From: Candidatus Latescibacterota bacterium
GTDB taxonomy: Bacteria; Latescibacterota; UBA2968; GCA-2709665
Length of the DNA stretch: 64,000 nucleotides
Direction of reading: 5' to 3'
Assembly: GCA_965116875.1 (NCBI GenBank)
Contig: OZ220733.1
Coordinates: 1 to 64,000, forward strand
The position numbers were made by a program, and so were the translations under genes. Below are positions 46,441 to 56,277 of the stretch, one piece after another; the stretch's first letter is position 1; the number at the start of each line of letters is the position of its first letter. A model generated the notes under the pieces. It was given only the letters and a program-made list of their open reading frames with translations. It ran no database searches and was not told the DNA's origin.

Positions 46441-47175
46441 ATGAACGTCGACCTTACCCAGTTCGATCATATTTCCGATCGCGTGGCGCGGGCCAGGGCC
46501 AAGGCCGAGGCCATGCGGAAAGCCAAAGAAGGCGCCGGCGACGCCGATGAGGCCGCGCCCGATGCTGCCGGCGCGGAGCTGGAAGCCGCCGCCGCTCCCG
46601 TTGAAGTCGAAGCGGAGCCGGCCGGCCTGACCATACTGGAGTTCAGGCCCGGAATCCATTTCAAGTTGAACGGACGGGCCGGGCGCACAGTGGGCATCCG
46701 TTACGACATGGTCAGTTTCGTCTACGACGACGACCCCGACCAGCTCGTGACCGCGGACCGTTATCGCCTCAGCCACGCCCACGCCGAGGGCACGCTGGAA
46801 TTCGCCCCGAAGTCAGAGGTCTACCGTCCGGAGCGCGTCTCGAGAAAAGAACGCGTCGATTACCACGAACACCTCTGGCTGGAGTCCCGCTCCGGCATGA
46901 CGGCCAAGAAGAAACGGCCGCGGCATATCGCCATTATCAATCCGGACTATTGCACCGGCTGCAATGCATGCATCGAAGTCTGCCCGACGGACTGCATCGA
47001 GGAAGTCGACGTGGCCGACGCGGGGCTGGACGGTATCGGCACGTTCTGCGAAGTCCGCCTGGAAGACTGTATCGGCTGCATTCAATGCGTGCATATCTGC
47101 CCGTGGGAAGCCATCGAAATGGTGGATACCCAGCAGGTTGAAGAGGCATACGGTATCCCCGCAGGGACGTTGTAG
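46441..47175 (+). CDS. Multidomain 2x[4Fe-4S] ferredoxin-like protein
   Basis: CTGCNACIEVCP and CIGCIQCVHICP; N-terminal motif shared with the Rieske protein; AGGAG RBS. Confidence 0.88.
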   Translation: MNVDLTQFDHISDRVARARAKAEAMRKAKEGAGDADEAAPDAAGAELEAAAAPVEVEAEPAGLTILEFRPGIHFKLNGRAGRTVGIRYDMVSFVYDDDPDQLVTADRYRLSHAHAEGTLEFAPKSEVYRPERVSRKERVDYHEHLWLESRSGMTAKKKRPRHIAIINPDYCTGCNACIEVCPTDCIEEVDVADAGLDGIGTFCEVRLEDCIGCIQCVHICPWEAIEMVDTQQVEEAYGIPAGTL

Positions 47176-47201
47176 TCCACGAACGTCCATGAATCAAATG
47201 G

Positions 47202-47237
47202 AAGAGCGTCAACCGGATCCGGTTGACGCTCTTTTTT
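47202..47237 (+). terminator. Intrinsic terminator between convergent genes
   Basis: Perfect 32-bp palindrome aagagcgtcaaccggatccggttgacgctctt ending in a T-run. Confidence 0.8.
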
Positions 47238-47268
47238 CGTGTCCGGGCTGCCGGTTCTCTCTAGCCCG

Positions 47269-48237
47269 TCAGCCGTCGCAGGATGACAGCAATTCGCCGA
47301 CGCGACGCATGTCCTTCGGCAGCTCCGCGCGGAACTCGAGCACCTTGTCCGTGACCGGATGGACGAATCCGAGCGTCCCGGCGTGCAACATCTGCCGGTT
47401 CGCCAGATTCAGGACCGCCCTGGCCACATTCCGGAGGGACGGCGAAATGCCTCGAATTCGTTTCGCGCTTCCTCCGTACACGGCATCGCCCAGGACCGGA
47501 TGGCCGATATGGGAGAGGTGGACGCGAATCTGATGGGTTCGCCCGGTCTCCAGACTCAAATCCAGTGTGGACGCGAATCCATGGAACGCTTTCGCTACGT
47601 ACCGGGTAACGGCCCGGCGCCCGCCGGTATCCACCACGGCCATGCGCCTGCGGTCTGCCGGACTCCGGCCGATGGCCGCCTCAATGCGGCCGCTTTCCGT
47701 TTTAGGCTGCCCCCATACGAAGGCCGAATAACGCCTTACCACCGTCCGTGACTCGAGTTGCGAGGCAAGCCCGCGATGCGCCGCGTCGTCCTTGGCCACC
47801 ATCAGCAGGCCCGAGGTTTCTCTGTCCAGCCGGTGGACGATTCCGGGACGCAGTACGCCGTTGATTCCGGAAAGACCGTCGCAATGGGCAAGCAGACCGT
47901 TCACCAGCGTACCCGACCGCATGCTGCCCGTCGGGTGCACCACCATGCCCGCAGGCTTGTTCACGACAAGCAGATGCGCGTCCTCGAAAAAAACATCCAG
48001 AGGAATGCGCTCCGGATCGAGTCCGGCGGGCTCGGGAGCCGGAAGACGAACCACGATCTTTTCGCCGGCCGATACCCTGTAGCTGGATCGAACCCGTCTG
48101 CCGGTTACGAGTACTCCCCCCGAGGCGATCAACGCCTGGATTCTGGACCGGGAGAGCGGTTCGCAGACGTCAGCCAGCATCCTGTCGAGTCGAGCGCCCG
48201 CGTGTTCCGGAAGGACGGTAGTTTCAAACTGCCTCAT
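47269..48237 (-). CDS. rluD: 23S rRNA pseudouridine synthase (RluA family with S4 domain)
   Basis: RLDRML..LSRSRIQ S4 domain; VNKPAG, HRLDRETSG, TGRTHQIRVH. Confidence 0.92.
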   Translation of the reverse strand: MRQFETTVLPEHAGARLDRMLADVCEPLSRSRIQALIASGGVLVTGRRVRSSYRVSAGEKIVVRLPAPEPAGLDPERIPLDVFFEDAHLLVVNKPAGMVVHPTGSMRSGTLVNGLLAHCDGLSGINGVLRPGIVHRLDRETSGLLMVAKDDAAHRGLASQLESRTVVRRYSAFVWGQPKTESGRIEAAIGRSPADRRRMAVVDTGGRRAVTRYVAKAFHGFASTLDLSLETGRTHQIRVHLSHIGHPVLGDAVYGGSAKRIRGISPSLRNVARAVLNLANRQMLHAGTLGFVHPVTDKVLEFRAELPKDMRRVGELLSSCDG

Positions 48238-48688
48238 CCTTTCCGCCCTTGAGTATACCACAGCCAAGAATCAACAACACGGCGCCAACCGTGACGGCGG
48301 CGTCGGCGACGTTGAACACCCACCAACGAACGGACCCGATTCCGAAATCCAGAAAATCAATCACCGCGCTGAAGCGGATCCGGTCGATGACATTGCCAAT
48401 GGCGCCGCCCAGCACGAGCGCCAGACCGGCCGCTGCCAACCGCTCATGGGGCGGCAGGCGAAGCCACATCACCGCCACCAGAATCAACGCCACTCCGGCG
48501 AATACCAGATGCGCGACGTTTCCACCCAGCCTCAGCCCGAACACGGCGCCCGGGTTCTGAATGTAGGTCAACCTGAAAAACGAGCCCAATACCGGAATCG
48601 AGTCACCGAGCATCATCGATTCCACGACCATCCGCTTTGACACCTGGTCCAGTAAAAGGACGACACCCGAAATCCAGAGGCTCCGCAC
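48224..48688 (-). CDS. lspA: Lipoprotein signal peptidase II
   Basis: LDQVSK, NPGAVFG, GGAIGNVIDR, FNVAD. Confidence 0.95.
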   Translation of the reverse strand: MRSLWISGVVLLLDQVSKRMVVESMMLGDSIPVLGSFFRLTYIQNPGAVFGLRLGGNVAHLVFAGVALILVAVMWLRLPPHERLAAAGLALVLGGAIGNVIDRIRFSAVIDFLDFGIGSVRWWVFNVADAAVTVGAVLLILGCGILKGGKDEAV

Positions 48689-48731
48689 ATCGCCTCCCGT
48701 GGCAACGGATCGCTTGAGCCCGTTGGCCTGA

Positions 48732-48807
48732 CAGCCCGTTGGAAAAGTCCATCCGGGCTACCTGCCTGCTGCAGGCATGCCTTCAGAGCGACTTTATCAA
48801 CGGACTG
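48732..48807 (+). mobile_element. MITE-like element, shorter internal region
   Basis: cagcccgttggaaaagt ... actttatcaacggactg. Confidence 0.65.
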
Positions 48808-48827
48808 ATAAACGTGCAGCATTCGAA

Positions 48828-49211
48828 TTACGTGGCGCGAGTACCCCGCCGTTGTTCGTCTTCTTTGCAGGGTACGCAGAGCCGGGTTGTGGGTACGGCT
48901 TCAAGACGCGCTTTCGGGATCGCCTTTTCGCAGACCCTGCACGCTCCAAACGTCCCGCGCCTGATGCGCTCAAGCGCGTCCTCCACCTGCGTCAGATACG
49001 CGCCGTCGCGCGATGCGAAAAGGAACGCCTTCTCCCGCTCGATCGAATCGCTGCCCAGTTCCGGCATGTGATCCGAATAAATCTGCCCTCCCGACGCCTC
49101 TTCGGAGGTCGCGTGCATGGACCGCTGCTCGAGCATCCCCAGATCTTCAACGATGGACAACCGCTTCTTTTCCAGGATGTCCCGAAAGTATTCCAGATCT
49201 TTCTCGTTCAT
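48828..49211 (-). CDS. TraR/DksA-family zinc-finger protein
   Basis: Coiled coil then CRVC...IPKARLEAVP...CVPC; GAGAGG RBS. Confidence 0.9.
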   Translation of the reverse strand: MNEKDLEYFRDILEKKRLSIVEDLGMLEQRSMHATSEEASGGQIYSDHMPELGSDSIEREKAFLFASRDGAYLTQVEDALERIRRGTFGACRVCEKAIPKARLEAVPTTRLCVPCKEDEQRRGTRAT

Positions 49212-49316
49212 CGACCTCTCCGCCTGTCGGTTCGAACTGCGTACACGAACCCGATGCCGCCGCCTTCCTGCCAGCATGAGGCCCGGAACGCATATTGCAC
49301 CAATGCTCTGCGAGCG

Positions 49317-52300
49317 TCAGTTGCGCGAAACCCCGATTGTGCCGCGCAGTCCGTTCACCTGCCATTCCCGGATAAACGGGCCGGCGTCCGGCAGTTGACC
49401 CACCAGCAACTCCTCCGCGAGCGTCTCCCCGCTGACGTATGCCCGAAAGCGGGTGACCGCACGCTCCAGGCAGCCTTCTCCGGAAACCCCCACCTGAATG
49501 CGGTCGACAACCTGCAATCCCATCTCCTTGCGCATGTTCTGTACGCGGTTGACGAATTCCCGCGCCGTACACTCGTCGACCAGCTCTTCGTCGAGGTGGA
49601 CGTCCAGCCCTACGCACAGGTTGTTCTCGACGGCCACCACGAGGTCGTCTTTCTCCCGCCGCTGGATTTCCAGATCCTCAAGACCGATTTCCCCTCCCGC
49701 AACCGCCAGTTTCCCCCCCGCTCGCAGGTGTTCGACCTCCCGCGGCGCCAGTTCGGCGATGCGTCCGGTCACCTCTTTCATGCGCTTCCCGAAACGCGGC
49801 CCCAGCGCCCGGAAGTTGGGCCTGTATGAGATCTCGCTCAACTCGGTCTCGTCCTCCACAAATACCACCTCTTTGATGTTCAGTTCCTCGGCGATCAGGC
49901 CCCGCATGGACGTGAGCGCCTCTCGACCGGCGGTATCGGGCGGAAGCATGTAGACCCGGCGCAGCGGTTGACGCACCTTGAGATTGTGTCGGTTGCGAAG
50001 CGACCGGCCCAGAGCGACCGCACGCATTGCCAGATGCATCTGCGCCTCGAGTCCGGGATCCCGCAACGTCTCATCCGCCTGCGGCATATCGCACAGATGT
50101 ACGCTTTCGGGGGCCTCCCTGTCGACGCTTCTGACCAGATTCTGATAGATCTTCTCGGTCACGAACGGAAGCACGGGCGCCATCGCCTTGACAAGCGTAA
50201 CCAGCACCTCGTAGAGCGTCTCGTAGACCGCCGCCTTGTCCTCGTCGTCTTCCGACTTCCAGAATCGGCGGCGGCTGCGGCGGATGTACCAGTTCGTCAA
50301 CTTTTCAACAAACGAAACCATCACCGGCACGGTCCTGTACAGCCGGTAGGCCGCCATCTCTACATTCATTTCATGCAGCAACGTCTGCAGTTCCGACAGG
50401 ATCCAGCGGTCCAGTTCGTGCGTGCGAGGCGCCCCCCGCGCGCGGGAGGGCGTCCAGCCGTCGATATTCGCGTAGGTGACGAATATGCCGCCATAGGCGT
50501 TCCACAACGGAATGATGACCGATCGCAGACTTTCCTGGATACCGCGTTCGCTGATTCTCAACTCCTCGGCCTTCAGCGCCGGCGAGTTCAACAGATACAG
50601 CCTCAACGCGTCTGCGCCGTACGCGTCCAGCATTTCGGTGGGTTCCGGATAGTTCTTCAGCCGCTTGCTCATCTTGCGTCCGTCCTCGGCAAGCAGCATA
50701 CCGGAAACAATGCAATTCCTGAACGCCGGCTCCTGGAACAGCGCCGCGGCGAGAACCGTCAACGTATAGAACCAGCCCCGGGTCTGATCGAGGCCTTCTG
50801 AAATGAAATCGGCCGGGAAATTCGCCTCGAAAAACGAACGGTTCTCAAACGGATAGTGGGTCTGGGAATAGGGCATGGACCCGGACTCGAACCAGCAATC
50901 CAGCACTTCGGGCACACGCGTCAGGACGCCTCGTCCGGTGGGGCTGGGGATTTCGATGTGATCGATCAGATGCTTGTGCAGGTCATCCACTTTCTCCCCG
51001 CTCAGGCGTTCCAGTTCTTCACGGCTTCCGATGCAGATCGTCTCCTTCGTGTCCTCATTCCGCCAGACGGGCAGAGGCGTGCCCCAGTAGCGGTTCCGGC
51101 TGATCGCCCAGTCGCGCGCATCCTCCAGCCAGCGGCCGAATCGTCCGTCCTTGATGTGCTCCGGCACCCAGCGGACCCGCTGGTTCGAGGCGATCATCTC
51201 TTCCTTGATCGGCTCTATGGCCACGAACCAGGTTGAGATTGCGCGATAAATCAGGGGAGAATCGCATCTCCAGCAGTACGGATAACTGTGAACCAGCGTG
51301 CCCTCGGAAAACAGCAGACCTTCGGTTCGCAACCGCCGCACGATCTGGCGATCCACGTCCTTTACGAATTGACCCGCATATTCCGGCACCGCCTCCGTAA
51401 ACGCGCAATCCTCGTCGATCGGGCACACGACGGGGATGCCGCGTTTGACTCCCAGCTGATAGTCATCCTCACCGAATCCCGGTGCGACGTGCACGATCCC
51501 GGTACCGTCTTCGGTAGACACGAAATCGGCCGCATGCACGCGATACGCGCCCTGATTGGCAAGGTCCGAAAAATAGGGAAACAACGGCTCGTACCGCATT
51601 TCGAGTAGTTCCGCGACGGGTTCCGTCTCGACCCGAAGCACCTCCCCGCCGCAACTGCCGAACACGGCGTCGAATCGCGGTTCCGCAAGGATCAGCTGCT
51701 CTCCGTTTTCCATGTGGACGCGCACGTACGGGATGTCTTCTCCCACCGCGAGCGCCATATTCGATGGCAGCGTCCACGGTGTGGTCGTCCACGCCAGAAT
51801 CGACGTATTCGACTGCCCTCGGACGCGGAATCGCACCGTGATGGATGGATCCCGGGTATCCCGGTAGCCCCCGAGATTCACCTCGAAATTGGAGAGCGGG
51901 GTGGCGCACCTGGGACAATAGGCAAGCGAATAGTATCCCTCATACACCAGGTCCTTCTCCCAGAGGCTCTTGAACACCCACCACACGGACTCCATGAAGT
52001 CCGGATCCATCGTCCGGTATTGGTGGTCCCAGTCCACCCACCGTCCGCACCGCTGGATGACCTGCTTCCACTCCGCGGTATATTGGAGTACCTGTTCACG
52101 GCAGAATTCGTTGAATCTGCCCACGCCGAATGCAAGAATGTCTTTCCTGGACTTCAGCCCCAGCTGCCGCTCGGCCTCGTTCTCTACCGGGAGCCCGTGA
52201 CAATCCCAGCCGAAACGACGGTCCACCCGATATCCGCGCATGGTCCAGTACCGCGGTACGACGTCCTTGATAATGGAGGCCAGCAGGTGACCGTAATGCG

Positions 52301-52487
52301 GAAGCCCGCTGGCAAACGGCGGCCCGTCGTTGAAGATGAACGGATTGGATTCCGGCCGGGTTGCCACCGACTTCGCAAACGTGCGGTTTTCCTCCCAGAA
52401 CCGAAGGGTCTCCCGCTCCATTCCGGGAAAATCCATTCCGCCGGAAACGCCTTCAAACGCCTTGTCTGCCTCTTTAACCGTCGCCAT
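49317..52487 (-). CDS. ileS: Isoleucine--tRNA ligase, type 2
   Basis: DGPPFASGLPHYGH, GWDCHGLP, ISRNRYWG, DQTRGWF, KMSKR. Confidence 0.97.
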   Translation of the reverse strand: MATVKEADKAFEGVSGGMDFPGMERETLRFWEENRTFAKSVATRPESNPFIFNDGPPFASGLPHYGHLLASIIKDVVPRYWTMRGYRVDRRFGWDCHGLPVENEAERQLGLKSRKDILAFGVGRFNEFCREQVLQYTAEWKQVIQRCGRWVDWDHQYRTMDPDFMESVWWVFKSLWEKDLVYEGYYSLAYCPRCATPLSNFEVNLGGYRDTRDPSITVRFRVRGQSNTSILAWTTTPWTLPSNMALAVGEDIPYVRVHMENGEQLILAEPRFDAVFGSCGGEVLRVETEPVAELLEMRYEPLFPYFSDLANQGAYRVHAADFVSTEDGTGIVHVAPGFGEDDYQLGVKRGIPVVCPIDEDCAFTEAVPEYAGQFVKDVDRQIVRRLRTEGLLFSEGTLVHSYPYCWRCDSPLIYRAISTWFVAIEPIKEEMIASNQRVRWVPEHIKDGRFGRWLEDARDWAISRNRYWGTPLPVWRNEDTKETICIGSREELERLSGEKVDDLHKHLIDHIEIPSPTGRGVLTRVPEVLDCWFESGSMPYSQTHYPFENRSFFEANFPADFISEGLDQTRGWFYTLTVLAAALFQEPAFRNCIVSGMLLAEDGRKMSKRLKNYPEPTEMLDAYGADALRLYLLNSPALKAEELRISERGIQESLRSVIIPLWNAYGGIFVTYANIDGWTPSRARGAPRTHELDRWILSELQTLLHEMNVEMAAYRLYRTVPVMVSFVEKLTNWYIRRSRRRFWKSEDDEDKAAVYETLYEVLVTLVKAMAPVLPFVTEKIYQNLVRSVDREAPESVHLCDMPQADETLRDPGLEAQMHLAMRAVALGRSLRNRHNLKVRQPLRRVYMLPPDTAGREALTSMRGLIAEELNIKEVVFVEDETELSEISYRPNFRALGPRFGKRMKEVTGRIAELAPREVEHLRAGGKLAVAGGEIGLEDLEIQRREKDDLVVAVENNLCVGLDVHLDEELVDECTAREFVNRVQNMRKEMGLQVVDRIQVGVSGEGCLERAVTRFRAYVSGETLAEELLVGQLPDAGPFIREWQVNGLRGTIGVSRN

Positions 52488-52625
52488 GAGCGCTATTCAC
52501 TGTCGTTGTGGTATTCGGGGAAACTGCGGACCATTCCGGTCTCGTCGTCGATGAGGTCCCGCGAACTGACGCGCCGTAATGCAGACCGGTTCAGAAGGAA
52601 GCGCCCTGCCTGAGATTGCAGGGAT

Positions 52626-53096
52626 CTATCGAGTCGGCTGTCCATTCACCATCGCGACAATCCGGGGCTGGTTCTCCCGTAACAGGGCCTTCTGTTCCGG
52701 CCACGTCATCACGGGCAGCCTGTCGATCGGAAACCAGTCCACGACTTCGTGATTTTCGACGTCGGCAGGCACGACGTCCACCTGTTCGGTCCGGTACAGG
52801 AAATAATGCGTGGTCTTCCACTCCGTTCGACGATAGTTCATCCTTGCCCGAACGCCCATCGGCCGGACCAACTTCAGTTCCGTAAACCCCGCCTCCTCCT
52901 CGATCTCCCGGCGCGCAGCCTCCTCGACGGACTCGCCCGCATCCACGTGTCCCTTGGGAAGTACGTACTCCTCGTAGGACTTCTCGCGAATCAGCGCCAC
53001 CATCACCCGGCCGTCTTCCACCCTGACAACCACGCCCCCCGCCGCCACGGCTTCCGGTACGCCACCGGGTCTTCTGTACCATCGTTCGTCGATCAT
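52626..53096 (-). CDS. NUDIX hydrolase
   Basis: LPKGHVDAGESVEEAARREIEEEAG. Confidence 0.88.
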   Translation of the reverse strand: MIDERWYRRPGGVPEAVAAGGVVVRVEDGRVMVALIREKSYEEYVLPKGHVDAGESVEEAARREIEEEAGFTELKLVRPMGVRARMNYRRTEWKTTHYFLYRTEQVDVVPADVENHEVVDWFPIDRLPVMTWPEQKALLRENQPRIVAMVNGQPTR

Positions 53097-53980
53097 CCCG
53101 TCCCGTCCAGATAGTGTCCATAAAGGACGCGCAGCCGGTGTTTCGCCTCATCGGAAACCGCGCCTGGCGCCGTTATAATCGCATCCCGCGCAGAGCGCTG
53201 GCACTCGCAATCCGTCGCTTCCGGCAGCAGCCCCGAGATTTCCTTCACCACCGCATTGGCCGTCCGTGTATTCGCCTTCAGGATAGCCAGAACCGACTCG
53301 ATATCGACGTCCCCTTCCTGCTCGTGCCAGCAATCGTAGTCCGTACCCATGGACAGGACGGCGTAACACATTTCCGCCTCACGGGCCAGTTTGGCCTCCG
53401 GAATCGCCGTCATTCCGATCACCGTAGCGTCGGCGGCCCGGCGATAAAAGTGCGATTCCGCCCGGGTGGAAAACTGCGGCCCTTCCATGCAGACATACGT
53501 ACCGCCGTCGTGGACCGCAGCGCCCGCTGCCTTTGCAGCCTGAACGACAAGACCGCGCATTTCAGCACAAAACGGGTCGGCGAAGGACACGTGTCCCACC
53601 ACCCCGCCCCCGAAAAACGTGGACGCCCGATTCCCCATGGTGCGATCGAAGACCTGATCCGGAACGATCATGTCTCCCGGCGCGATGTGTTCCTTCATGA
53701 TTCCCACGGCGCCCACAGCGAGGACATGGGTAATACTCAGCTGTTTCAGGGCGTGTATATTGGCGCGGTACGGCACCTCGGACGGCAACAATCTGTGTCC
53801 GCGCCCATGCCGGGGCAGAAAGAACACCGTGCGTCCGTCTATGTCCACCTCCGCCAGCAGGTCCGAGGGCTGTCCGAATGGCGTGTCCACCTCGTGCTCC
53901 CGCACAATCCTGACGCCTTCCATCTCGTAGAACCCGGACCCGCCGATGACGCCAAGTCGTAACGGCTTCGTGCCTGTCAT
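53093..53980 (-). CDS. mtnP: S-methyl-5'-thioadenosine phosphorylase
   Basis: GVIGGSG, PRHGRGH, YRANI, MEGPQFSTRAES, GMTAIPEAKLAREA, TDYDCW. Confidence 0.93.
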   Translation of the reverse strand: MTGTKPLRLGVIGGSGFYEMEGVRIVREHEVDTPFGQPSDLLAEVDIDGRTVFFLPRHGRGHRLLPSEVPYRANIHALKQLSITHVLAVGAVGIMKEHIAPGDMIVPDQVFDRTMGNRASTFFGGGVVGHVSFADPFCAEMRGLVVQAAKAAGAAVHDGGTYVCMEGPQFSTRAESHFYRRAADATVIGMTAIPEAKLAREAEMCYAVLSMGTDYDCWHEQEGDVDIESVLAILKANTRTANAVVKEISGLLPEATDCECQRSARDAIITAPGAVSDEAKHRLRVLYGHYLDGTG

Positions 53981-54050
53981 GGATCCGCCCCACTCCCGCC
54001 GGGAACAACCCGGTCCCGCAACGCCGCGCGTTTGGTGCACGCTCGGAAAA

Positions 54051-54599
54051 TCAGTCTGCCGACTGCGCGTCTTCTCCGTTCGGAACCTGGCCGTTGCCGA
54101 CTTTCACGTACGCTTTCTCACCGCCGTTGCTCCCGTCGACACCGTCGCAATCATCGTCTGACAACTGAGCCAGGAATTCGGTATGCGCCTGCAGGAGGGA
54201 CTGAAACCTGGCGACGAACATGTCCCTTCGACCCTTTAGATTCACCATCTCGTTCCGCATCTGCCGCACCTGCGCGCGCGCTTTCTCCACGGCGCGATTT
54301 CCCAGCGCCTCGGCCTCCTTCACAATCAGCCTGCCCTCCGTCCGGGCGTTCTCGCGAACGTCATCCGCCGTAAGCTGCGCCGTCTTCAGCATTTCCTGCA
54401 ACGTCGCCTCCATCTGCGCGTACTGCTCCACCTTCTCCTTCAAACCGGCCTCGCGCTCCAGTGCCTGCAAGCGTTCGCGGTTCAGCGTCTCAAATGCATC
54501 CGCGACCGTTTCCAGAAATGCCGCCACTTCATCCGGGTCGAGACCACGAAAAACCCGTTTGAACTCCTGCTTGCGGATATCCAGCGAATTCAGCTTCAC
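54051..54599 (-). CDS. divIVA: DivIVA-domain protein
   Basis: LDIRKQEFKRVFRGLDPDEVAAFL followed by coiled coil; GGAGG before GTG. Confidence 0.88.
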   Translation of the reverse strand: MKLNSLDIRKQEFKRVFRGLDPDEVAAFLETVADAFETLNRERLQALEREAGLKEKVEQYAQMEATLQEMLKTAQLTADDVRENARTEGRLIVKEAEALGNRAVEKARAQVRQMRNEMVNLKGRRDMFVARFQSLLQAHTEFLAQLSDDDCDGVDGSNGGEKAYVKVGNGQVPNGEDAQSAD

Positions 54600-54765
54600 G
54601 GGAACCACCTCCATAAACGTCCTCGGCGCCGGCTGCGCCGGGATGGATCGGGCGGACGGCAGGGGATGCCGCCCCGCGGGGAGAGGAAAAGCGTGAACGA
54701 GGATTCAGGACCCGGCAATGAGGCGCCGTCGGCCGAAAAAACTGTCCGGTACCCGGCTCAGACAC

Positions 54766-55368
54766 CTACGACGCGCCCAGTCCGAAGACGGCCAGAACCG
54801 CACCTTTTGCGAAATTCAACAGCAGGATCAACAGTATCGGCGACAGATCGAACATCCCAAGCGGCGGAATCATGCGCCGGAACGGGGCCATGACGGGCTC
54901 GGTAAGCGCATACAGCGTCCAGATCAGCCGCCCGCTTTGCAGAAAGGGCATCCAGGAAACGATGATGCGGGCGAGGATCAACACCAGGAAGACCGAAATC
55001 GCGCCATAGAAGAGCCAGCCGATGACCTGAAGAAAGGCCACGTTCATCAATGCCCGGACCACCCCTTCCATCGCCAGCAGCACATCGTTGCTGACCCACT
55101 TCAGAAAAAACGCGGCCAACAGCGCTGCCAGAATCACAAACAGCGGCGCAATGCTGAGACTGTTGGACGCCGGCAGGCTCTGCGCAACCGGCCAGATCAT
55201 GGGGTCGGTCCACTCCCGAACAACCTGAGCAAGCCGTCCAAAGGGCTGCGCCCTGAACAGTATCCAACGCAGAACCATCAGGACGACAACAACGACAACC
55301 ACCGCGAATGCGGCGAAATTTACGGCTGCACGCAAATATTCGATTACCTGCAACAAGACGTATAACAT
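54766..55368 (-). CDS. yggT: YggT-family membrane protein (two repeats)
   Basis: WTDPMIWP and LTEPVMAPFRRMIPPLGMFDLSP. Confidence 0.88.
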   Translation of the reverse strand: MLYVLLQVIEYLRAAVNFAAFAVVVVVVVLMVLRWILFRAQPFGRLAQVVREWTDPMIWPVAQSLPASNSLSIAPLFVILAALLAAFFLKWVSNDVLLAMEGVVRALMNVAFLQVIGWLFYGAISVFLVLILARIIVSWMPFLQSGRLIWTLYALTEPVMAPFRRMIPPLGMFDLSPILLILLLNFAKGAVLAVFGLGAS

Positions 55369-55426
55369 TGCGATCCTTATCCTGGCAGCGCCGCCGCCAC
55401 CGACCGTGGGACGCGCCGTCCCCGCG

Positions 55427-56116
55427 TCATTGCCTTGAACCGAAGACCGCCGAGCCGACGCGCACCATCGTGGCGCCTTCCTCTATCGCCACTTCGAAAT
55501 CCCCCGTCATCCCCATTGACAGATGTGTCATCGACACACCCGGGATGCGCGCCGATTCAATCTCTTCACCCAGTTCCCGCAGTTGAACGAAACACGGTCG
55601 TACCGCTTCCGGCTCCGGAAGGAACAAGCCTATGGTCATCAACCCCTCCACACCCACACCTTCCACCTCCGATATCCGTCCGACAAGGTCGACCGCCGCG
55701 TGAGGCGCGGCTCCGAACTGCGATTCAGCCCCGGAGGTATTCACCTGTACGAGCGTCCGCGCGGAAATTCCGGCCTGTACCGCGCGTTTTCCAATCTCCT
55801 TTGCAAGCCGCAGACTGTCGACCGAGTGGATCAACTCGAACATGCGCAGCGCACTCTTCACCTTGTTGCGCTGCAGATGTCCCACGAGATGCCATTCCAC
55901 GGCATCCGTGACGTTGTCTACCTTCGTCTCGGCTTCCTGCACGCGGTTTTCGCCCAGCACCCGGACGCCCGCTTCCACCGCCTCCCCGATGGCCTCCACG
56001 GGCTTTGTCTTGGAGACCGCGACGAGGGTCACGTCCCGCGCCTGCCGCCCCGCGCGCTCCGCGGCCCGGGCGATGCGTTCCAGGACCCGTTTCAGATTCT
56101 CGGAAATCGACGTCAT
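55427..56116 (-). CDS. yggS: PLP homeostasis protein
   Basis: LVAVSKT, GENRVQE, WHLVGHLQRNK, LSMGMTGDF, VRVGSAVFG. Confidence 0.95.
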   Translation of the reverse strand: MTSISENLKRVLERIARAAERAGRQARDVTLVAVSKTKPVEAIGEAVEAGVRVLGENRVQEAETKVDNVTDAVEWHLVGHLQRNKVKSALRMFELIHSVDSLRLAKEIGKRAVQAGISARTLVQVNTSGAESQFGAAPHAAVDLVGRISEVEGVGVEGLMTIGLFLPEPEAVRPCFVQLRELGEEIESARIPGVSMTHLSMGMTGDFEVAIEEGATMVRVGSAVFGSRQ

Positions 56117-56277
56117 TGGCGTTGCGCCGAAACGAAAAACGGTGAATTGGCGTTCCGATACAGAACGGTAAATTTACAATAAGAAGGACTAATCCGCAAC
56201 CGATTCGCTGACCGACAGGCCCGAAATTCGTCAACGCGCTGAATCGGTATGCTCCCAAATAACTAAAAACAGGGATG

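Noticed and set aside
52488-52625. Possible T-box riboswitch upstream of ileS
   Set aside because: Only about 140 nt, and I found no T-box GGTGGNACC motif or terminator on the minus strand.
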